Shown here piece after piece: positions 12,211-26,135 of a DNA stretch of 64,000 nt. The stretch's first letter is position 1. Every line of letters starts with the position of its first letter. Under the pieces are notes generated by a model that saw only the letters and a list, made by a program, of their open reading frames with translations, was not told the DNA's origin and made no database searches. The stretch comes from Pseudogymnoascus verrucosus (taxonomy: Eukaryota). The position numbers were made by a program, and so were the translations under genes. The stretch lies in NCBI GenBank assembly GCA_001662655.1, contig KV460209.1. The stretch is one strand, 5' to 3'.

Positions 12211-13167
12211 TGTATGCGTGTATGGAGGGGTAGGGCGGGTAAGCGAGGAGGGGTGTGGTGGTGTGTTTGAGCTGCTGTGGGTTTGGGGGTGCTGGTTGGG
12301 TGGGATGGAGGACAAAGGAGGGGTGCTGGAAGGGAGGGGAAGAGGGAAGAGCTTGTGTGTGAGGAGGAGCTTGTTGGGTGGACGGGCTCTGCGTGCGGTT
12401 AGTGGTAGGGTGACGGTGGTTGACCAATGGGAGGATGAGGTTGGGGAGGCGGGGCGGGACGGACTTGGCGGTGGATGATTGCGTCATGCACGTGATTTTG
12501 GGGGATGTTGTGGGAGCTCGCTTGTGTGAGGGGAGATCAATCTGATATCGGGGGACGGGTCAGGTATGTTTCTGAATTCAACTTTCCTACGTAATTATAT
12601 ACTGTTTTTGTGCTGTTTTCATCTGTATACGAGTCTGTATGTTTAATTGTATTGCTTCATTGTGAATATTGTCCGGTTACTGCCCTACCCCGAGAACAAA
12701 GAAAGAGCTCAACCGTCGTGAACCCCCTGGAAGCTTGCTTACTCACATACGTACGAGTCCTCCGCGTCCTCAAACACCCCGCAGGGTTGCCCTGGTACCT
12801 GTTCAGATGAGCCTGGGCAAGATACTCGCTGATTACCCCGCTGACTTCCTTTCTCCGTCAGCTTGTGCAATGATCATCCTGGATTCACAATTCCCACTAT
12901 CCCATATCCTATGGGAGAAGAGCACAGAAGCAGGCAGAGAGGTAACCTTACTCGCCGAAGCAGCTGTGGATATCTGTCGAGTGTCGAGTTGGGGATAACC
13001 CGTTGGTTTCCGCTCCCTGCTTGGGCGGAGGGAGTATTTGTCAATTGATTGACAGCACGGAGGTTTCTATCATTGCAAACTGGCTGGTTGGTCTGTTTGT
13101 CGGTGACTGTGTTCATGACTCTACCTACATACATACTTCACCGACTGTATGCTGTTGATGAGACCCC

Positions 13168-13929
13168 CTTGGCATCTATTCAACAAGCCAAGCTTCAAGT
13201 CTTACAGTCCAATATCCACACGTGACCAGAAGGTTCCCACTGGGGCAAAAAGAGCAAACAAGACAAACAAAAGTGACGTGGGGGATAATGCGTGGAGGCG
13301 TGGAGGCCTGGGATACACTTGGTACAGTACTGTTACGTGTATTGCCTCTTTGACTCTTCCTACACCTACAAAAGCCAAAGATATACCACTGCTAATACTT
13401 GTCGCACAGCCTCACTCTTTGTAGCGTGACATCCCACTCACCCACCCCCCACATGCACTCGCTTGTACCTGTCACTTACCAAGATACACTACCATACGTG
13501 TCAGTCAAATCAGAGGCTCACTGGGCACAACGTTCTCAGAATGTTCCCCGCTTCAAATGCAGGCTCTTGCGCTTACAGAAGTGTATGGTACCAGTGCAGC
13601 TCAGTACCGTACAGTAGCTTGACGCCACGACACCAAGGAGACGAATGAGACTCTGCGCCAATCCTGCTAAAATATTCCCAGACCTCAACTCCTCCACTCC
13701 GGACCTCCGTGACAATATCCACAGTGGTCGAGATGGTGGGAGGGAAACAGAACCAAGAGACGGATCTCGTCTCACCTCCGATGAATCCGCTGCGATTATC
13801 TGCTGTACTGAGTTGCACCACCGCCCCGGATCATCTGTCATTCCCATCTAGATAGGCATCGCGAATCCAGGCAAATACCCAGACTCCGCCTCATTTTTAA
13901 CCACAATCGGATCTTGGACGGCACTTGGC
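13168..13929. promoter_or_regulatory. Candidate PacC (GCCARG) and Crz1 (CDRE) sites upstream of the ENA ATPase
   Basis: CTTGGC at 13168, GCCAAG at 13187, CTTGGC at 13924; CAGCCTCA at 13407 (GAGGCTG on minus); GAGGCTCA at 13513. Confidence 0.45.
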
Positions 13930-14320
13930 ATTGTCATCGCGTCTCGCCAACTCTTGGAACTTTCCCACTTCTTTGTGCGGAGAGGGAGGCGAGAGTGTGT
14001 TACTAACATGTTTGTGTGTTTGGTATACTTACTTATTTTACCCTGCTGCATATCATCTGGTCACGATGATACTCTGCAGTGCGTGCGCCGCTGTTGAGAC
14101 TGTCGTCACCTCTGCCAATAATAGCTTGGTGAATGACGGGAGGCCGACTGACGCCGCCTTTATCAAGCCCCCGCATCCCCATCTTCCATCTCCTTTCCCT
14201 TTCAGTACTCTACTTCCTTTTTGAAGTACATTCCTCCTTCATTACATTTTCCATTTCGTCGTTGAACCATCTAGTAGTTCAACGCCCCCTTTCCTACTTC
14301 ACCTGTCCACCTCTTATTGA

Positions 14321-17300
14321 ATGGTTATTACTGATCCGGAATCCGCACTTGAGGAATGGCACAACCTTCCCTCACCACCACCTACCTTGCGCCCTGATCG
14401 GGTAGATAGCGCAAAGGAAAAGGTTGCTATAACCCATATTGGCAAGAACTGTTCTTCCGGATCTAGCCTAAGCAACACCCTTAACGAAGACGACCTCCCC
14501 GACTGGGAGACCACTACTCACACAGAAAGATACTGGGACGGCGGCGCAGAATCCGCTCACGCCATCGATGTCGATGCCATCGCAAGCAAGTTACAAGTTG
14601 ACCTTCAGTGAGTTCACAGCAACAGTCCTCTTCAGAGCTTACTAATCATGCCCAAAGACATGGACTCGAGGGCAAGGAGGCAGCGGCTCGACTTGAACGG
14701 GATGGCCCTAACAAGCTTGCGAGCGCTGGGGGAATATCGGCGTGGAAAATCCTCTTAAGACAGGTCTCCAATAGTTTAACCATCGTAAGAAGAGAAACCC
14801 TGACGCTACGTCTTTTTCGCAATACAATGCACACCCTGCCGTTCTCCATGCCTAATCAGACAACCCCCTCACTCGGGGCTCTGCTCTTGACCTGTGCATG
14901 ATGTTGTTGTACCCGACAATGGGATACTGACATGATGGCAAAAGGTCCTCCTCCTGGCTATGGCACTGTCGTATGGCACACTAGATTTCATTGAAGGTGC
15001 CGTCATCACAGCTGTCATCCTCTTGAATATCATTCTTGGGTAAGTGAGCAACGGAGACGTGCTTAGACCCCGCATTACCGTATTGGGATACTGACCACGT
15101 GCCTTTAGGTTCGTCCAGGATTATCAGGCGGAGAAGACTATGAAGTCCCTCCAGGGCCTCGCGGCCCCAACGTGCAAGGTCGTTCGTAACAAGGGAAAGG
15201 TTGACGCCGTCAAAGCTGAGGCTCTCGTCGTGGGAGACATCGTCCAGATCTCTGTGGGCGATGTTGTCCCGGCGGATCTTCGGATTTTTGACGGCGTCAA
15301 TTTGGAAATCAATGAGGCTCTTCTCACCGGAGAGTCATTACCAGTCATCAAAATGCCCAAGATTACCTTGAGCATGTTAGACCTTCCCCTCGGGGACCGC
15401 ACGAACTGCGCCTATTCGGCCACTACCGTGACTAAGGGTCGCGGAAGTGGCATTGTCATCGCTACCGGCATGAAGACCGAAGTTGGCCGCATCGCTGAGA
15501 TGCTCCAAGATCGTAAATCAACCAAGGAAACGAATCCTTTCAAGCGATTCTTCATTTCCCTCCGGGATGGTGCCAAGAACATCCTCGGTCTCGTCGGCAC
15601 GCCTCTACAGGTTACACTCAGCAAGTTCGCCATCATGTTATTCGGCTTGGCTCTCCTCCTCGCCATCATCGTTTTCTCTGTCAACAAGTGGCATCTCTCG
15701 GATGAGGTCGTCATCTATGGAATCTGTGTCGCTGTAGCTGTTATCCCTGAATCTCTCATCGCTGTCTTGACTATTACCCTTGCCATCGGCATTAAGGCCA
15801 TGGCGAAGGGCCATGTGATTGTAAGGAGAATGCAGGCTCTTGAGGCTATTGGCGGCATCACGCATATCTGCTCCGACAAGACTGGTACGCTCACTCAGGG
15901 CAAGATGATTGCTAGGAAGGTGTGGGTACCAGAGATTGGAACGCTTGGAATTTATGATACTACGGATACGTTCGACCCTACCAGCGGGCATGCAATGATT
16001 GATGAAGTGGCAATGGATAAGTCTATGGAGCTGAACGCAACACTTGAGAAACTGCTTCACGCAGTTGCCCTCTGCAACCTCTCTACAGTCTACCACAACA
16101 TCGATGAAAACAGCGAGAAAGCAACTCCATCATGGACTGCAGTGGGTGAGCCTACGGACATCGCCCTCCAAGTCCTTGCTACACGTTTCGGCCTCGGCAA
16201 ACCCGACATCCTGGATACTGAGGAAATGACATTCTTGGCCGAACATCCATTCAACTCCGCCATCAAGCGCATGTCAGTAGCCTACCAAAACGGCACTGAT
16301 ACCATCGACGTCTTTCTCAAGGGCGCCGGCGAGAGTGTCCTCCCCATGCTCACATCCTCGCCTGCTGAGAAAGCCGAGATCGAGAAGCGCATGCAAGAAC
16401 TGGCCCGTGAGGGTCTTCGAGTCTTGTGTATTGCCACCAAATCCGTTCCTTCGACTTCGAAGAAGGATATCGAGAGCAGAGAATGGACGGAGAGTAACCT
16501 GGAATTCCTAGGCCTTGTAGGCCTCTACGATCCGCCTCGTGTTGAGACGGCTGGTGCTATTACGGCCTGTACGAAAGCTGGGATTAGCATTCATATGTTA
16601 ACTGGTGACCACATCGACACCGCTACCGCGATCGCCAAAGAAATCGGCCTCATCACCGATCTCAGCTTCACCACATCCAACGCCAACACCATTGTCATGC
16701 AAGGCGGCCAATTCGACAAGCTCTCAGAAGACGAAATCGACGCCCTCCCCTCCCTCCCCCTCGTCCTCGCCAGATGTAGCCCCGCCACCAAAGTCCGCAT
16801 GGTCGACGCCCTCCACCGCCGGGAAGGCTTCTGCGTCATGACCGGCGACGGCGTTAACGACGCCCCGGCCCTCAAACGCGCCGACGTCGGTATCGCCATG
16901 GGCCTCAACGGCTCCGACGTCGCCAAAGACGCGGCCGACATGATCCTGACAAACGACGACTTCGCGTCCATCGTCAAAGCCGTCGAAGAAGGCCGGCGCC
17001 TCTTTGCCAACATCCAGAAATTCCTCATGCACCTCCTCATCTGCAACATCGCGCAGGTCCTCCTCCTCCTCATCGCTCTCGCCTTCCGCGACGCCTCGGG
17101 CGCATCCGTCTTCCCGCTGTCTCCCCTTGAAATCCTTTGGGTAAACATGATCACCTCCTCCTTCCTCGCCCTCGGCCTGGGCATGGAAGAGAAGACCTCA
17201 GACATCATGCTCCGCCCCCCGCACAGCCTGCGCATCGGCGTCTTCACCCGCGAACTCATCGTCGACAAAATGATCTACGGCACGCTAATGGGCTCCCTCT

Positions 17301-17788
17301 GCCTCGCCGCCTTCGCCATCGTCGCCTTCGGCGCTGGCGGCGGCGACCTAGGCGATGGCTGCAATGACGGCTACAACTCGTCCTGCGACGTCGTCTTCCG
17401 CGCCCGCGCAACCGTCTTCGCCGTCCTCTCCTTCCTCATCCTCGTCACCGCATGGGAGGTAAAGCACTTCTCGCGCTCTCTCTTCGCTCTCGACCCTGCC
17501 AAGTTCCGCGGTCCCCTCGGGGGTATCGGAGAGGCGCTCTGGTATAACCGCTTCTTGTTCTGGGCTGTGGCTGCGGGATTCCTAATCACGTTCCCCGTTG
17601 TTTATATCCCGACGGTTAATACGGCGGTGTTTAAGCACATGGGGATTACGTGGGAGTGGGGCGTCGTGGTGGGTGCGCTGGCGGTGTATGTGGCAGGTGT
17701 TGAGGCATGGAAGGCGGTCAAGCGCCGTTTGGGCTTGTTTGGGAGTAAGAGGTCGGCAGTTGATGGGGTTGGGGGGGGGTTAGCTTAG
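14321..17788 (+). CDS. ENA1: ENA-type (P2D) Na+/K+-exporting P-type ATPase
   Basis: Motifs LTGES, CSDKTGTLT (phosphorylation site), DPPR, MLTGDH, MTGDGVNDAP and EEGRRLFANIQKF. Three short 5' introns (first 14608-14657) join ORFs 14321, 14608 and 15140. Confidence 0.92.
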
Positions 17789-19090
17789 GTTTTTGATCTG
17801 TCAGCTCTGTAAGCGTTGGCGGCTGATAGGGCCGTAAGGCTTGTCAGGGCTGTGTGGAAGGTGAGCGAAGGGGGAGAATGCGAAGCAGGTTAAATTGACC
17901 TTGGTGGTTTAGGGTGGGGGGGATTACTGATCTATTTCGGGGATTGGAGATTGGGATCGGGGTTTAGGAGGGGTTTAAGAGGGGTTCACTGTCTTTACTG
18001 ATCTGCGGTTGTCTCTCTACTGTTCTTGGCTGTCTCTACCAGTCTCTTCCTTTCTTACGCCGTTGAATCCGGCGAGCATCGTTATTATCGAGTAGGTTGG
18101 GTTATGGTCGTGGTCAGAGCTTTTTTACGTCCTTTAGCGGCAGGTCATTCATTAGCCCCACCACGTACACCTTCACAATAAACCACTTATTATTTGTTGT
18201 GAGCTTCCTTCCGTCTCACTGCTGATGCCGTCTCACTCAGCTCTACTATTAGTATTTGTCAAACGAGATACGCCTTGACTCGTGGAGCGTTTCGTGTTGC
18301 TCGTATAGTTCACGGAGTTCCCGTATAGAATCCTGCCCTATGTCCGCCGTAGCCTAAATGATCGACAAGAAGTTGGAGATCAACAGATTTGGAGACAACG
18401 GGATTCGATTAGGACCCTATTCCACGTGATATAATCCAGATCCAACGCCCACCATCCCCTCACCGGGTCGTCTACCGTTGCCGTCTCCACAAAAACCCCC
18501 CCCCAACATGCAACGGTGAGACGCGGTGAAGGCGGCCGCAATCAAGTCCCACGCCAACCCGCATCAGGGCCCAAAACCGTCAGACTGCGGGGGGGTTCTC
18601 TAGGATCTTTTTTTGGAGCAACCAGGGGGCTCACGGCGCTACTCGCCGGTGTTTACATATCAGGCGGCTGCCCGATTCGCCAAGATGCATCCCTTCCTTC
18701 GGTGATAAGAAGCATAAGGCCATGCGTGTCTCCACTCTCCACCTGGAGGGGGAACGATCCGAGACTGGATGGGCACGTTGCGTAACTTGCTGCTACCTGT
18801 CGCGTACCACAGCGTGGATCTGATGTAAGCTTGGATGCAAGGGAGTATGGTAGGTCGCTCGGAGGGTGAGATATCTCCGCCGGGGGGATTGGTGCAGATG
18901 GATGTGTCTCAGTTGGAGTATATAGAGCTGCGTGGTCCCGCTGGTGAGGGTTTTTTTTGTCTCATAATTAAGTCAATTCCTCGTTGATCAATCTCACCTC
19001 GTCGTTTACCAAAAGCCTTGCTTGTTCCTCATTACCTACCTGTCATAAACCCCTCACCCTCACCCCTCACCCACCCCTCAATCCCCAAAA

Positions 19091-20109
19091 ATGGCCACCA
19101 ACGGCACCTCCGCCAACGGCAGCGCCAATGGCACCGCTCACGCCGCAGCAGCCCCAACAGACATGCGCGCCTACCGTGCCCCGTCCCTGCTCCAGCCTCA
19201 CCGCGCGCGCGACGCCCTTCGTGACGCCCACGAGGGCAAGATCCCTCCTCTCCAAGTCTACTTCCTCATGCTCTCCGCCCCCTCGATCATCAAGGTGATC
19301 GCCCAGGTCGGGTACGATGTGATCCTGATCGACCAGGAGCATTCGCCCATGGACATTGGCGAGATGACGAGAATGGCGCATGATATCCAGTTGGTTAGCG
19401 AGGGAAGGACAATGGCGTGGATCAGGTAAGGTTCCACCCCCTAGGAAGCAAGGGATGGCGCTAACAAGATGATAGAATCTGTGGCCACGACCACGCAAAC
19501 ATTGGGTACGCACTTGACACTGGAGCTAGCATCATGGTCCCGCAGGTCGAGACCGTGGAAGACGCAAAGCACATTGTCTCCGCCGCCAAGTTCGGAAAGA
19601 AGATCAACGGCACCCGCTCCGCGCCTCCTGGCCGCTGGCTCCCGGGCATCTCGGACGTAGGCACCAACTCCGAGCTCACCCTCTGGGAGAACCTCAACAA
19701 CCAGGCCGCCATCATCATCCAAGTTGAGTCCAAGGAGGCCGTCGACAACCTCGACGCCATCCTCACCGAGTGCGGGGAGCACATCGATGCCGTCTGGCTC
19801 GGTTCGCTGGACTGTAGAGTTTCCATGGGCCTTCCGGGCTTCTGGGGCGAGGAGCCGGAGTTCATGGAGGTCATTCAGACGATGAATAAGACGCTCAGGA
19901 AGCATGATATGCCGTATGCTGGGGCGGCGATGGGGACGCCAGAGCAGGTGAAGGCGATGGGAGCCGGGAAGGCGTTTACGGCTGTGCAGGGTGATGTTTT
20001 CTCGTTGCTGGCGTCGGCGGTGGAGAATTTGACGATGGCGAGGGAGGTGATGCCTGCGGTGAATACGTCGGCGGCGAATAAGAAGGCGAACGAGTTGGAT
20101 GCGAAGTGA
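19091..20109 (+). CDS. HpcH/HpaI-family class II (metal-dependent) pyruvate aldolase
   Basis: Motifs IDQEH, WIR (catalytic Arg), IMVPQVETVEDA, IQVES and WLGSLD. One intron, 19426-19475. Confidence 0.88.
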
Positions 20110-20961
20110 GTGCTTGAGAGTAAAAGAAAGTGTAATGATCATGGAAATATGAAGGGGGGATAGTCGTTCTCTGGGTGTGTGTTAGCTATAGACCGGTGCC
20201 CTGGGGGTCGGTAGATTATAGAAATTAGAACGTCATTCAGCTTCAAAATAAGTCTTGGGATCAAATGTGATAGTGCTCACTGGTTGCTATGAGGCAACAT
20301 TTCGAACTGCTTACAGGGAACGAAAGCCGATGGCCCCCAATGCTTTCTCGTATTTGTGCAGGGTGCCTGTTCTGTAGGGGCAGCATCAGAAGCGAGGTCT
20401 GGCGGCATGCTGAGGGAATTTGAAGAGATCATGGAGTGGCATAGAACCCGTATTAGTGCAACGGCTGGAAAGATCGTCTGTCTGGTGTAGAGGTCCCATT
20501 CAACAAAGAGTTTGGGCGCTCAAGGCATACATACCGCTGATTTGCCCGCTGTGGTGTGGTCGAGTTCGCAGTACCAGAGTCAAAAACGACCTTGTGAACA
20601 TTTAGTCGCGGAGTCAGTGACAGGTGGAGATGGTGACAAGACAGAGTAGGTGGTGGCAGCCCAGGGATGGTGACAGACAGGCGGTGACAGGCAGAGAGGT
20701 GGTGACAAAAAATCACGACAGTACGACACCCCCTTGATCGACGACGAGGCGCCTGTGTGGCTTTGGCTGAACTATCTCTTGTCGTGCAAGTCTTCCTAGA
20801 TGTTATACGGGGGTGTCTCTCCAATGGCTCGAATTGGTTGAGCTTCTACGAGTGGCTTGAGACCGGCGCCCTTCTTCGCTGGGAGGTTCTTCTTGTCTCC
20901 GCTGACAGACCACGATCTACTTTCAGGCTTTATTGAAATATCCTCATACTTCACATTACTT

Positions 20962-20993
20962 ATCACATCGCTCCATGATCACATCGCTCCATG
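20962..20993. repeat. Perfect 16-bp tandem duplication ATCACATCGCTCCATG
   Basis: Copies at 20962-20977 and 20978-20993. Confidence 0.9.
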
Positions 20994-21125
20994 AAGAATT
21001 TGGGCATTAAGTTAGATGACCAAAATGCCACACACATACTCCCAGCTCATCAAAGCCACTAAATATCGTAAATGCCACTTCACACTATCCCTATTCTATA
21101 TCCCAACCTTTCACCCTCTCAAGCC

Positions 21126-22775
21126 TCACCTCTTCTTCTCAACAGGTGTTTTCTTCCCGTTAACCGCCGCCGCGGACCCACCACCATAAGCTGGCGGGGT
21201 CGAATCTCCAAAGTCAATAAGATTCGGTGAGTCCTGTCCACCGGCCATCTTATAATCCTTTCCCTCCACATATCTCCCCTGCGCCGCCTCCGCCTCCTTC
21301 CAATTCTTCGGTGGAACCTCTTGCACCTTATCATCCGTAAGATCACCCCCATTCCCCCCTCCAACCACTAGATCCCCACCTCCCCTCACCTTCCCAACGA
21401 CCATCCCCTTCGCCACGCTCTTGATAATCGCGCGCCTCGACACTCCAGTGGCGTCGATATACACCAATCCCACATTCTTCATCCCACCCCCAAGGTGCTT
21501 AGTCAACTCCCCAGCCTCAGGCCCATACTTATGTCCCACGACCGTCGAAGCGGCCGTGCTGGTCCCGATCATCAGTCCCCGACCCGCCTGATCAATACCA
21601 TCAGCAATAGTACTGAACGCCATGAGACTCTTATTCAAGAATCCCGGCTTATACCCCGTAACCATCTTTCCGTCCGGCCCAACGCCCTTATGCGCCCTCT
21701 CCCCCTTACTCAACATCCCCGCACCGATGTTCTGCGCGAACTTGCTAACCTGTCCAACGGTCTTGGAAGAGAGGCCAGCTGCAGAGCCGGTAAAGGTGTT
21801 GATCTTGCGGACGCGCGCGTGTGTGGTGGGGGTGAAGGTCATGGGGGTGGTGTTGGGCTTGGTGCTCTTGGTGAAGCTGTCGGCGCCGGATTGGAGGGTC
21901 TGCGCGACGTAGGAGGAGGTTGTGACAATGAGGCGCGAGGCTTCGGCGGCGCGGGAGACGAGGCGAGAGCCTTTGTAGGCGGGGTGCATGGCCATCTCGA
22001 GGTATTCTTGTGAGGCGGGGGAGACGTTGATGTTGTGTGATCCGTCTTCGGGGAGGGAGAGGATGACGGGGTCTAGATGGCTGTGTTAGTATGTTCGTGG
22101 AAGCATAGGGGGTAGAGTATACGTACTTTTAGAGCCGGCTTGCATCTTGCTGTCCTCGACAACAGTAAATCCCTCTCCTAGTTCACCAACGACACTTCCA
22201 TTCTCCTCATCGATCAGGACAATTTGTCCGCCGTGGTGAGAGCTGGAACTGCCCTGAACGTACCCCTCTCCTGGCTTGAACTCCTGAGGGTTGTATGCTG
22301 GCAGAGCTTCGCCTTTTCCCTTGCTAGAGCTAGCGACGCCTTTTGCTGGAGCAGGGGCGCGCTCGAGGAAGGCAGTGCATTGCGCGAGTATAGTCTCGAA
22401 GGTATCGACATCCTCCTGTAGGCCCTTAGCGCTGCCAGGTGCTGGGAACTCGATGCGAGTGAAGGCGCCACTATCAGGGCCTAAGTCCCAGCGTGGGATG
22501 AGATAGCTGTTCGGTGGCTGATGGTATATTTGAGTGGTGGCTGGGAGAGGGAGATCGAGCTCCGGTGGGAGGTGAAGGTGAAGATAGAAGTCTTCCTGGG
22601 GAGCAGTGGCTGGGTCGGTATTCTCGATTCCGGAGAAATCAGAGGCGGTTGGCACCATCAACAGAGAAAGGGTCTGAGGACCTGAAGGAGTGAGAGATTC
22701 CTCAACTCCATTCTGGATATGGTATGCCTTTATGCCATTGACGGCATACAGCAGCTTGGGTTCAGAGTTCGACAT
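21126..22775 (-). CDS. Spartin / senescence-domain protein
   Basis: Start MSNSEPKLLYAV; intron 22126-22073. C-terminal block NKSLMAFSTIADGIDQAG...STVVGHKYGPEAG is typical of the senescence (spartin C-terminal) domain. Confidence 0.82.
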
Positions 22776-23614
22776 CGTAGTTTGTTTGAAGCAAATACTC
22801 GATAGCGGGGTAGTGGGGGTGTATAAAAGAGAGTCGTGTGAGTACACCCAAGCTTCAAAATATGCCCAGGTACGATTGAAGCAGCAAGTAAGAGATGGTG
22901 CAGTTGCAGCCAACGGTCGATGATGAGTGATTTATAAACTTCCGGGCCGCTGGCCAACCTTTCCAAGCGCCGGTACACTTGTGGAGGGGTACCAATTCCA
23001 ACATTCCCGACACCACCGTCTCACACCACTTGACACGGGAGGCCAATGACGTCGAGCCAGGCGCTTCTCGATTGTGGCGCAGCAGGCGATCGGAGCTTGT
23101 TGGTTGGTTCTGGATGCACCATTTCAAGTATCATCAACTCACTTCTAGACATTGGGCGTTTGACGCCGCTTTGAGCATTTCGTATGCTGCTGTCTTATCT
23201 ATATCTGTTGGTGCGCGGCTAAGACCCTTATCCTTTACCCTGAGTCCTGACATTTGCCGCTCTGGTGAGATCTCAAAATAAGATAAGATGCCAAAGATGA
23301 AACACAGAAACCCCATTATTGGCTGACATGAACGCTCTTGACATCGATATATATAGAGTGATAGACAGATATTTTCAATTTTTACATTCTCACCAACCCA
23401 ATAACTCTGTAATTCCCATCTTGCCGCCCTCATTTATTTATATCCACACGTGACGTCGAGGTGGGGTTTCCCCCGCGAGGCGGTGTGCAATATAAAACAC
23501 CCCTCGTCTCCTTATCGGGTAGCTCAGTGTCAACGACCCCGCGTTGTGCCATACCTTACCACGTCAACAAATCCATATTTCTCTCCCTTTCCAACTACAA
23601 CACAAAAATTCACC

Positions 23615-24647
23615 ATGGCTTCCCAAGACGACCATGACACTCTCCCCGAGGAGACCGCGGGCTTCAAGGTCGGCCAGAAGAAGACGCTGAATGAGATCCA
23701 GAACATGGGTAAGTGGTTCCACCTATGTTTCTAGTACATCCCTCGATATTTGGGGTCCTGCACAGAGCCCTGAATTGAACACGATTCTTCCTGTGTATTC
23801 CAAGAGCTATCAGCCCTTTTATATTCGCAGAATGTAGCTATTTTACCCTTGTACAAGTTGTCATCCGTCCTACTACTAAGCTGTCCGCACGTGGTCTCAG
23901 TTTCCATGCTCTCGGCCCGCTACTGGCAGCCTTCCCTCAATTCTTCTCTATTATGCCAAATGCGTATATATACATACTAATAGCCTCTCAGATGCCGAGG
24001 ATGAGTCCCTCCAACGCTACAAGGCCTCCCTTGGTCTCTCCACAGGCCCAACCATCTCCGATCCGTCCGACCCCCGCCAATGCATCATTCTCTCCTTGAC
24101 GATGGATTCCGAGGGCCGCCCACCGGTCACAATTGATCTTTCCCAGAAGGGTGCTGAGTCTACCCTGAAGGACAAGCCGTTCAAGATCAAGGAGGGCTCC
24201 AAGTTCACCATGATTGCCAAGTTCAAGGTGCAACACGAGGTCCTGTCGGGTCTGCAGTATGTGCAGATTGTGAAGAGGAAGGGCATCAGGGTCAGCAAAG
24301 ACCAAGAGATGATTGTGAGTAGACGCCAAGCAACCGATCAGACGACTCGACTCGAGTTCGCTCGCCAATACTGTGACGATTCTAATCGAGAAACAGGGAA
24401 GCTACCCACCTAATACCCAGGACAAGCAGTTCTACGAGAAGAGATGTGAGTACCCCTTACCATCGAGGGGTGATTTGTACGCCCATTATAACGCACAGGC
24501 TGACAATTGTGGATAGTTGCTGAGGAAGACGCACCATCCGGCATGCTTGCCAGAGGCCACTACACCGCCATTTCCACCTTTGTCGACGACGACAAGAACA
24601 AGCATCTGGAATTCGAGTGGAGCTTCGACATCGCTAAGGACTGGTGA
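23615..24647 (+). CDS. RDI1: Rho GDP-dissociation inhibitor
   Basis: Reads GFKVGQKKTL, DAEDESLQRYKASLGL, FKIKEGS, EEDAPSGMLARGHY and FVDDDKNKHLEFEWSFDIAKDW across three introns. Confidence 0.95.
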
Positions 24648-25067
24648 ACATAGCTTCAAACCTATCGTTCAATGACATGACAAAAAATAGGAAAGACAGA
24701 TTGAAAGACGGCGCATAGATTCCAGAGATACGGCGGTTTCAAAAGATATAAGCGGGTGGATTTGGCTTTTGAGCGCTGAAGAGCTGGCATTTACTGTGGC
24801 GAGGCCGATTGGCTGATGCCATCACACAATACTGAATAAACTTATAAGAGAGTATGGAAATGGCTTTCATATGATTTATGTGCATGTACTTGTAATTGTG
24901 CCCCACGACTACCATCTGCGTGTTGCTTCCTATCACCTCCAATATGTTCCAAGCTGGGGTATCCTTCTCTTCCACCTGGCTTTCCTCTGATTCTTAATCG
25001 AGCGTATATCAACGCTCCCCCACCACTCCCACTGTTCTCCTTTCAACCATCTAGCCCATATATCCCC

Positions 25068-26135
25068 CTATAAAAAGTATTCCGGCAGTGCCCCCGGATC
25101 AATCGCCTTCGTCTCCGTATTCTGCTGCAAATCGTTCTCCGGCGCCGCCGCAAAGACATTGAAGTACCTCTCCCCCGTATCGCTAACCTCCAGCACACTC
25201 GCCATATTCCCACAGCGATAACAGTAATTCGGCGCGCTCCACACCGTGCTCAGCCGGTCATCATACAGCACCTGGTACCCCTCCTGGCACAGCTGGTGCG
25301 CGCGCAGGATATGCGACATCCCGTTCACCTCGAGGAACTTCTTGACGACCTGCGCGCCAAAGGTGTATCCCGCGCCTCGCGGAGACAAGCTGAACTCGTC
25401 GCGCTCGGGGTCCGGGTCGCTCCAGACGAGGTCGGCCATGGGCCCTTCGTGCGGGATCTCGCGGAAGCGGTCGATGATCTTTATTTGGTCGATGCTGTGG
25501 ATGCTAGGGGAGAGGCCGCCGTGGACGCAGAAGATGTCGTTGTTGATTACGACGGAGAGGGTCAGGAAGTCGAACATGTCGGTGAAGTAGTGCCAGACGT
25601 TCGCGTTGCCGTATTTGCGTGAGCATTCGGTGTAGAAGCCGTAGGATTGCGTGACGCCGCGGGACTCGTGGTTGCCGCGGATGAGGTGGACGCGGGTGGG
25701 GTAGCGTAGCTTGAGGCAGACGAGGAGGGAGATGGTTTCGACGCTGAACATGCCGCGGTCTACATAGTCACCTGGGGGATGTTAGTATGGCTTTGATGGA
25801 AAGACGCCCGCGGAGCAGGGAGCATACCAAGAAATAGGTAGTTTGTATCGGGGCAATATCCTCCGATTTTGAAGATCTCTATCAGATCATAGAACTGGCC
25901 GTGTATATCGCCAACTACAGTAACTGGCGCCTGCACATGAACCACGTTACTCTCCTGCATAAGCAGCTCCTTCGTTTTGGCGCATATTGCCTCGATGACT
26001 GACTCCGCGAGGAGCTCCTTTTTGTATAGTCGTGATATGCATTCGTCTAAATCAACAGAAGCTGCAGGCAATAACACATTAGCCAGAGTCAAATTGAACC
26101 CACTTCCAAGGACCCTTACATGGAAGGCCGGGCAT
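25068..26135 (-). CDS. PPG1: PP2A-like Ser/Thr phosphatase catalytic subunit Ppg1 (STRIPAK-associated type)
   Basis: Exons 26135-26120, 26061-25828 and 25771-25068 give [48 protein letters not shown] and C-terminal YFL. Confidence 0.92.

Noticed and set aside
16591..17268. 225-aa antisense ORF inside the ATPase (similar antisense ORFs in PPG1, CCT1 and the GH28s)
   Set aside because: Expected by-product of C-ending codon bias on the sense strand.
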